Shown here in pieces: positions 27,095-32,000 of a stretch of 32,000 bases of DNA (position 1 is the first letter of the stretch; every line of letters starts with the position of its first letter). This DNA comes from Nitrosopumilus maritimus SCM1 (GTDB lineage Archaea > Thermoproteota > Nitrososphaeria > Nitrososphaerales > Nitrosopumilaceae), in NCBI RefSeq assembly GCF_000018465.1, contig NC_010085.1, positions 330,001 to 362,000 on the forward strand, given 5' to 3'. The notes under the pieces are model-generated. The model did not search any database. It saw nothing but the letters and a program-made list of their open reading frames with translations, and was not told the DNA's origin. Both the position numbers and the translations under genes were made by a program.

Positions 27095-28636
27095 ATGTTT
27101 GATAAACTTCGTAGTGCATTTTCTAATGCAGCGAAAAGTTTTGGTGAAAAAGAACTTAATGAAAAAGACATAGAAGACATTCTCTTTGAATTAGAAATTT
27201 CTCTTTTAGAATCTGATGTTGCAACTGAAGTAATTGATTCAATCAAAGATGATCTTAAAGAAAAACTGGTCGGCTCCAAAGTTGACAAAAAAGAGATAGA
27301 AAAATTTGTTAAAGACAGTTTGATTTCTAGTATTTCTGCACATTTTGATGCAGCTGGAGAAATTGATCTATTTGGAAAAATTAATGAAAAAAAGGAACAA
27401 GGTCAACCATTTCTGATTTTATTCCTTGGAATTAATGGAACTGGAAAGACAACATCACTAGCTAAAGTTGCACACATGTTACAACAAGAAAAATATTCTG
27501 TTGTTGTTGCAGCTGCTGATACATTTAGAGCTGGTGCAATTGAACAATTACGAGAACACACTAATCGACTTAATCTAAAACTTGTTGCACAAAATTACAA
27601 TTCTGATCCTGCAGCTGTTGCACGTGATGCAGTACTGTATGCAAAATCTCACAAAACAGATGTTGTTTTGATTGACACTGCGGGAAGAATGCAAACAAGT
27701 GAAAACTTGATGCAACAAATTGAAAAAATTACCAAAGTTGTAAATCCTGATCTAAAAATTTTTGTTGGTGATTCTTTGGCAGGAAATGATACTGTCAATC
27801 AAGCTCGTGAATTTCATGCGCATACAAACTTCCATGGTTCAATTCTTACCAAGAGTGATGCAGATGCAAGAGGAGGTGCTGCTCTATCTATTGTTAAAGT
27901 CACTTCAACCCCTGTGATGTATGTTGGAGTTGGACAGGAATATCCTGATTTGAAACCCTTTGATAAGAAAACTTTTCTTGAAACTGTTTTTGGAAATCTG
28001 GATAACGTCGATATCAAGAAAGAACCAACACCAGAACCAACACCAGAACCAACACCAGAACCAACACCAGAACCAACACCAGAACCAACACCAGAACCAA
28101 CACCAGAACCAACACCAGAACCAACACCAGAACCAACACCAGAACCAACACCAGAACCAACACCAGAACCAACACCAGAACCAACACCAGAACCAACACC
28201 AGAACCAACACCAGAACCAACACCAGAACCAACACCAGAACCAACACCAGAACCAACACCAGAACCAACACCAGAACCAACACCAGAACCAACACCAGAA
28301 CCAACACCAGAACCAACACCAGAACCAACACCAGAACCAACACCAGAACCAGAACCAACTTCTGATGATCCGTTTGAAGGAATCAAAGATGATGAGATTG
28401 CAACTTATTCAGATTTGTTTGATGTTCCTCCACCAGAAAACGATGATGAGGCTTTCAAACTAGGCAAAAAAATTCGTCAATGGATTAAAGATGGGAAACC
28501 TGAACCAGGGGACGAAGATGAAGAAGATGAAGATGAGTATGAAGATGATGAGGATGAAGATGAAGAAGAGATTCAAAAACATGATAAAGAAGAACCAAAA
28601 AAGAAAAAAGGTAGGTTCGGGTTCTTTAGAAGATGA
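27095..28636 (+). CDS. ftsY: Signal recognition particle receptor FtsY with long C-terminal repeat/acidic/basic extension
   Basis: NG domain: [67 protein letters not shown]. Extension from about residue 310 to 513. Confidence 0.95.
   Translation: MFDKLRSAFSNAAKSFGEKELNEKDIEDILFELEISLLESDVATEVIDSIKDDLKEKLVGSKVDKKEIEKFVKDSLISSISAHFDAAGEIDLFGKINEKKEQGQPFLILFLGINGTGKTTSLAKVAHMLQQEKYSVVVAAADTFRAGAIEQLREHTNRLNLKLVAQNYNSDPAAVARDAVLYAKSHKTDVVLIDTAGRMQTSENLMQQIEKITKVVNPDLKIFVGDSLAGNDTVNQAREFHAHTNFHGSILTKSDADARGGAALSIVKVTSTPVMYVGVGQEYPDLKPFDKKTFLETVFGNLDNVDIKKEPTPEPTPEPTPEPTPEPTPEPTPEPTPEPTPEPTPEPTPEPTPEPTPEPTPEPTPEPTPEPTPEPTPEPTPEPTPEPTPEPTPEPTPEPTPEPTPEPTPEPTPEPTPEPEPTSDDPFEGIKDDEIATYSDLFDVPPPENDDEAFKLGKKIRQWIKDGKPEPGDEDEEDEDEYEDDEDEDEEEIQKHDKEEPKKKKGRFGFFRR
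28022..28345 (+). repeat. Tandem 12-bp repeat, unit GAACCAACACCA, 27 perfect copies, encoding (EPTP)27
   Basis: Direct reading: five identical 60-nt lines plus two further units, in frame with ftsY. Confidence 0.95.
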
Positions 28637-29547
28637 AACTAAAAACAAAAAATTTACTCACTTTAGCGGAATTGTCCCCAAAGGAATTTGTGGGTCTAAT
28701 TGATGATGCACTTAAACTAAAAAAAGAACTCAAGAAAGGTGGAAACAAACCTATTCTAAAAAACAAAACATTAACGATGATTTTTCAAAAACCATCTACT
28801 CGAACACGAGTTAGTTTTGAAATTGGAATGTCACAACTTGGCGGTTATGCAGTTAATCTTTCATCAAATGACATGCAGTTGTCACGAGGTGAGTCAGTTG
28901 AAGATACTGCAAAGACTCTTTCACGATATACTGATTGTATAATGGCTCGTGTCTATGATCACAAATTATTAGAACAATTATCTGAAAATGCAACTGTCCC
29001 AATCATTAATGGACTCTCTGATACTTTTCATCCTTGTCAAATCTTGGCAGACTTTATGACAATAAAAGAAAAGAAGAAAAAAATCAAAGGAATTAAGATC
29101 GCGTGGATTGGTGATGGCAATAATGTATGCAATTCTATGATTTATGGTACAGCATTGGCAGGTGCAACAATGTCTATTGCAACTCCAAAAGGCTTTGAGC
29201 CGGACAAGAAGACCGTCAAAGAAGCCCAAAAGTCAACCATTATAGAACTAACGACTGATCCGCTAAAGGCAGTAAAAAATGCCGATGTTATAGTAACTGA
29301 CACCTATTCTTCTATTCATAACAATGATCCAAAGAGAATCAAAAAATTCCTTCCGAAATACCAAGTTAACCCCAAATTGATGAAGTCTGCAAAGAAAGAT
29401 GCGATCTTTATGCATTGTCTTCCAGCAAAACGAGATCAAGAAGTTACTTCGTCAGTAATTGATGGTCCACAATCTGTTGTTTGGGATGAAGCAGAAAATC
29501 GTCTTCATTCTCAAAAGGCATTGCTTGCCTCGCTCATTCGCGCTTAA
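28633..29547 (+). CDS. argF: Ornithine carbamoyltransferase
   Basis: [46 protein letters not shown]; ATGA overlap with ftsY. Confidence 0.95.
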   Translation: MKLKTKNLLTLAELSPKEFVGLIDDALKLKKELKKGGNKPILKNKTLTMIFQKPSTRTRVSFEIGMSQLGGYAVNLSSNDMQLSRGESVEDTAKTLSRYTDCIMARVYDHKLLEQLSENATVPIINGLSDTFHPCQILADFMTIKEKKKKIKGIKIAWIGDGNNVCNSMIYGTALAGATMSIATPKGFEPDKKTVKEAQKSTIIELTTDPLKAVKNADVIVTDTYSSIHNNDPKRIKKFLPKYQVNPKLMKSAKKDAIFMHCLPAKRDQEVTSSVIDGPQSVVWDEAENRLHSQKALLASLIRA

Positions 29548-29583
29548 CGTATATAAGAGCACGTTCAAACTCGAATTCTATAC

Positions 29584-30066
29584 ATGGCCTATTCAAAAAT
29601 ATTAAGGAGACTGCGCGAGGAGAAGACCAATTATCGTAAACGTAGTACAATGTTGATGGGTAAGCGTGACTTTATCACTGTAAATATTACTAATGAAAAT
29701 ACTCAAGTCCAAATTCTAAAACCTGGTATGACTGGCGACAAGGTTGTTGCATCTGCACATTCTAGATATCTTCTTGAAAAAGGTTGGAAGGGCTCTAGAA
29801 AGAGTGTCCCAGCGGCATATCTTACTGGATACTTGGCAGGAAAGAAAGCACTTGGACAAGGTGCAAAGGATGCAATCTTGTATACTGGAACTAAAAGATA
29901 CACCCAAAGAATGGCAGCAGCTCTCAAAGGAGTTATCGATGCAGGTCTAGAGGTTCCAGCAAACGAAGAAACATTTCCATCTGAAGAAAGAATTAACGGA
30001 GAACATCTTACTGTTAAAAACGAAGTCTCTAAAATGAAATCTACAATTGATACTGAGGTAAAATGA
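29584..30066 (+). CDS. rpl18: Ribosomal protein L18 (L18P/L5E)
   Basis: RRLREEKTNYRKRSTMLMGKRDFITV...; first gene of the L18-S5-L30-L15-secY array. Confidence 0.94.
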   Translation: MAYSKILRRLREEKTNYRKRSTMLMGKRDFITVNITNENTQVQILKPGMTGDKVVASAHSRYLLEKGWKGSRKSVPAAYLTGYLAGKKALGQGAKDAILYTGTKRYTQRMAAALKGVIDAGLEVPANEETFPSEERINGEHLTVKNEVSKMKSTIDTEVK

Positions 30067-30067
30067 A

Positions 30068-30784
30068 ATGAGTCAAACAACAGAATCTAAACCACAAGGC
30101 GGACAGAAAGGTAAAGGTGCCCCAACTTATGGCGGAGGTAGACCTGATGGTGCAAAAGGTGGAGATAGACCAAGAAGAAGAAGAGAACCAGAAGAAGAAG
30201 TTTGGGTTCCAAAAACAATTCTTGGACAAAAAGTTGCATCAGGAGAAATTTCATCACTAGAAGAAATTATTGAATTAGGATTAAGAATTCAAGAAGCAGG
30301 AATTATCAAAAAATTACTGCCTGACTTGAAGAGTGAAGTCGTTGATGTTGGAATTATCCAAAAGATGACATCAAACGGTCAATCAACAAGATTCAAAGCA
30401 ATCGTTGCAACTGGAAACGAGAACGGTTACTTGGGAATTGGACAAGGAAAATCAAAACAAATGAGAATTGCAATTGAAAAGGCAACAAACGCTGCTTATC
30501 TTAACGTCAATCCAATCAAGATGGGCTGTGGCAGTTGGGAATGCAGATGTGATCAAAAACATTCAGTACCATTCAAAGTAAAGGGTAAAGGTGGAAGTGT
30601 TACAATTGAAATTATTCCTGCACCTCGTGGATTAGGTCTTGTAGCAGGTGGTAAAATTAAACGATTATTGGAGTTAGCTGGTCTAAAAGACGCTTGGACT
30701 ACTGCAAAAGGTTCAACTCCTACAATGAACTCTACTTCAAAAGCTATCTTGGACTGTCTTAGACAGACATTTAGTCAGGGTTGA
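30068..30784 (+). CDS. rps5: Ribosomal protein S5
   Basis: QKMTSNGQSTRFKAIVATGNENGYLGIGQGKSKQMRIAIEKATNAAYLNV. Confidence 0.95.
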   Translation: MSQTTESKPQGGQKGKGAPTYGGGRPDGAKGGDRPRRRREPEEEVWVPKTILGQKVASGEISSLEEIIELGLRIQEAGIIKKLLPDLKSEVVDVGIIQKMTSNGQSTRFKAIVATGNENGYLGIGQGKSKQMRIAIEKATNAAYLNVNPIKMGCGSWECRCDQKHSVPFKVKGKGGSVTIEIIPAPRGLGLVAGGKIKRLLELAGLKDAWTTAKGSTPTMNSTSKAILDCLRQTFSQG

Positions 30785-30790
30785 TGAGAA

Positions 30791-31258
30791 ATGGCAAATG
30801 CAGTACTAGTTGTTAGAATCAAAGGTCAAGCAGACTGTCCTTATTGGGCATCAACTACAATGGATTTGCTAAAACTTGAAAGAAAATATCGTGCAGTAAT
30901 TCTTCCTGCAAAAGACAACTTACTTGGTATGCTAAAAAAAGTACAACACTATGTTGCTTGGGTTGATCTTGACACAGAGTTGGCACAAGAACTCATTGAC
31001 AAAAAAGCAAGAAAGTCTGGATACAAGAAAGTAACGCCAGAAGATCTTAAAGAATTAGGTTATGCAAGTTCTGCAGAACTAGCTGCAGCACTAACTGAAG
31101 GAAAAACAATGTTATCAAAATTAAAACCACTAAAACCTTGGTTTGCATTAGCACCACCAAGACACGGATTCAAAAGAAGTACAAAGAGATTGTATGGACA
31201 AAAAGGAATTCTTGGAAGAAACAAAGAACTCGCAACAATTGTTAGGAATATGATTTAA
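30791..31258 (+). CDS. rpl30: Ribosomal protein L30
   Basis: VVRIKGQADCPYWASTTMDLLKLERKYRAVIL ... APPRHGFKRSTKRLYGQKGILG. Confidence 0.94.
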   Translation: MANAVLVVRIKGQADCPYWASTTMDLLKLERKYRAVILPAKDNLLGMLKKVQHYVAWVDLDTELAQELIDKKARKSGYKKVTPEDLKELGYASSAELAAALTEGKTMLSKLKPLKPWFALAPPRHGFKRSTKRLYGQKGILGRNKELATIVRNMI

Positions 31259-31259
31259 C

Positions 31260-31724
31260 ATGGCAACAAGATTAAGAAAAACAAGACGACTTAGGGGAGG
31301 ACGCCACATGGGATGGGGCCAAGTAGGTCAACATCGTGCAAGTGGTCACAAAGGTGGTCTTGGAGTTACTGGAATGATGAAACATCATTGGAGTACAACA
31401 CTAAAAGATGAACCAGATCATTATGGCCATGATTCAACTAAACCACCTCACCCAAATATTACCAAGAAATGGGCTAGCGTCCGTGATCTTGATGACTTGT
31501 TTACTAAGTTCGGTAAAGAAGAAGGAGGAAAAAAAGTCGTAGACCTTGAAAATGCAGGATACGAGAAACTCCTTGGCGGCGGAAAAGTATCAAACGCTTA
31601 TTCTGTCAAAGTCACACAGTACACTGCATCTGCAGAAGAGAAACTAAAGGCTGTTGGCGGAGAAGTAATTTCTGCAGCAAAAGAAAAATCTGATGGGGAA
31701 GAGGTAGTTACAGAAGATGGCTGA
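31260..31724 (+). CDS. rpl15: Ribosomal protein L15
   Basis: RLRKTRRLRGGRHMGWGQVGQHRASGHKGGLG. Confidence 0.93.
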   Translation: MATRLRKTRRLRGGRHMGWGQVGQHRASGHKGGLGVTGMMKHHWSTTLKDEPDHYGHDSTKPPHPNITKKWASVRDLDDLFTKFGKEEGGKKVVDLENAGYEKLLGGGKVSNAYSVKVTQYTASAEEKLKAVGGEVISAAKEKSDGEEVVTEDG

Positions 31725-32000
31725 GGGTACAGTTACCACCATCATTCGAAAGATGGTCTTTAAAGCAGAACCATATCTTCCTCAAGTTCCAAAACCAAAA
31801 AAGAAGATTCCATTATCCACTAGATTGCTCTGGTGTGGAGTTGCATTACTTATCTACATGGTAATGGGCCAAACACCATTATTTGGAGCAACAACCCCTG
31901 AATTTGACTTCCTAGCATTTGCTAGAGTAATTTTTGCATCACAACAAGGAACCCTTGTTGAATTAGGTATTGGGCCGATTGTAACAGCTGGACTCTTGAT
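31718..32000 (+). CDS. secY: Preprotein translocase subunit SecY (5' part, truncated by window end)
   Basis: Manual translation MAEGTVTTIIRKMVFKAEPYLPQVPKPKKKIPLSTRLLWCGVALLIYMVMGQTPLFGATTPEFDFLAFARVIFASQQGTLVELGIGPIVTAGL; position after rpl15. Confidence 0.92.

Noticed and set aside
28022-28345. Possible CRISPR-like array
   Set aside because: Direct tandem 12-bp units without spacers, in frame with FtsY; this is a coding minisatellite, not CRISPR.
27814-28386. 190-aa antisense ORF made of (GVGS)n and 114-aa antisense (VL)n ORF at 28014..28358
   Set aside because: Both are alternative readings of the 12-bp ftsY tandem repeat, which stays open in several frames; no independent coding evidence.
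27960-28463. 167-aa (NQHQ)n forward ORF
   Set aside because: Out-of-frame translation of the same repeat inside ftsY.

Overview
The window is an AT-rich archaeal core-chromosome segment. Gene content and sequence style look like an ammonia-oxidising Nitrososphaerota/Thaumarchaeota genome of the Nitrosopumilus type; this assignment is inference, with no database search. It is densely packed with housekeeping genes: leuS, alaS, family-5 uracil-DNA glycosylase, rpl12/P1, rpl10/P0, rpl1, rpl11, nusG/spt5, secE, dtdA, a small MGMT, rpl19e, rpl32e, ATP-type pckA, a subtilisin-like protease, Fe/Mn sodA, prefoldin alpha, ftsY, argF, rpl18-rps5-rpl30-rpl15 and the start of secY. Less characterised genes lie between them. 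I found no CRISPR array, transposon, prophage, rRNA or tRNA. The observations I rate highest are: (1) FtsY with a C-terminal extension made of 27 perfect copies of a 12-bp repeat (EPTP)n, a very acidic linker and a basic/aromatic tail; (2) a likely CTG start codon for pckA, preceded by GGAGG and overlapping the stop of a 24-aa upstream ORF; (3) a run of five unannotated or short microprotein ORFs between the lrp-like gene and rpl11; (4) rpl10/P0 apparently lacking the usual C-terminal tail that P1 retains; (5) split and inverted ribosomal protein clusters; (6) a four-gene block of secreted/membrane hypotheticals, including a polytopic protein with Trp/Asp/His motifs. I see no clear multi-gene defence or other accessory system.
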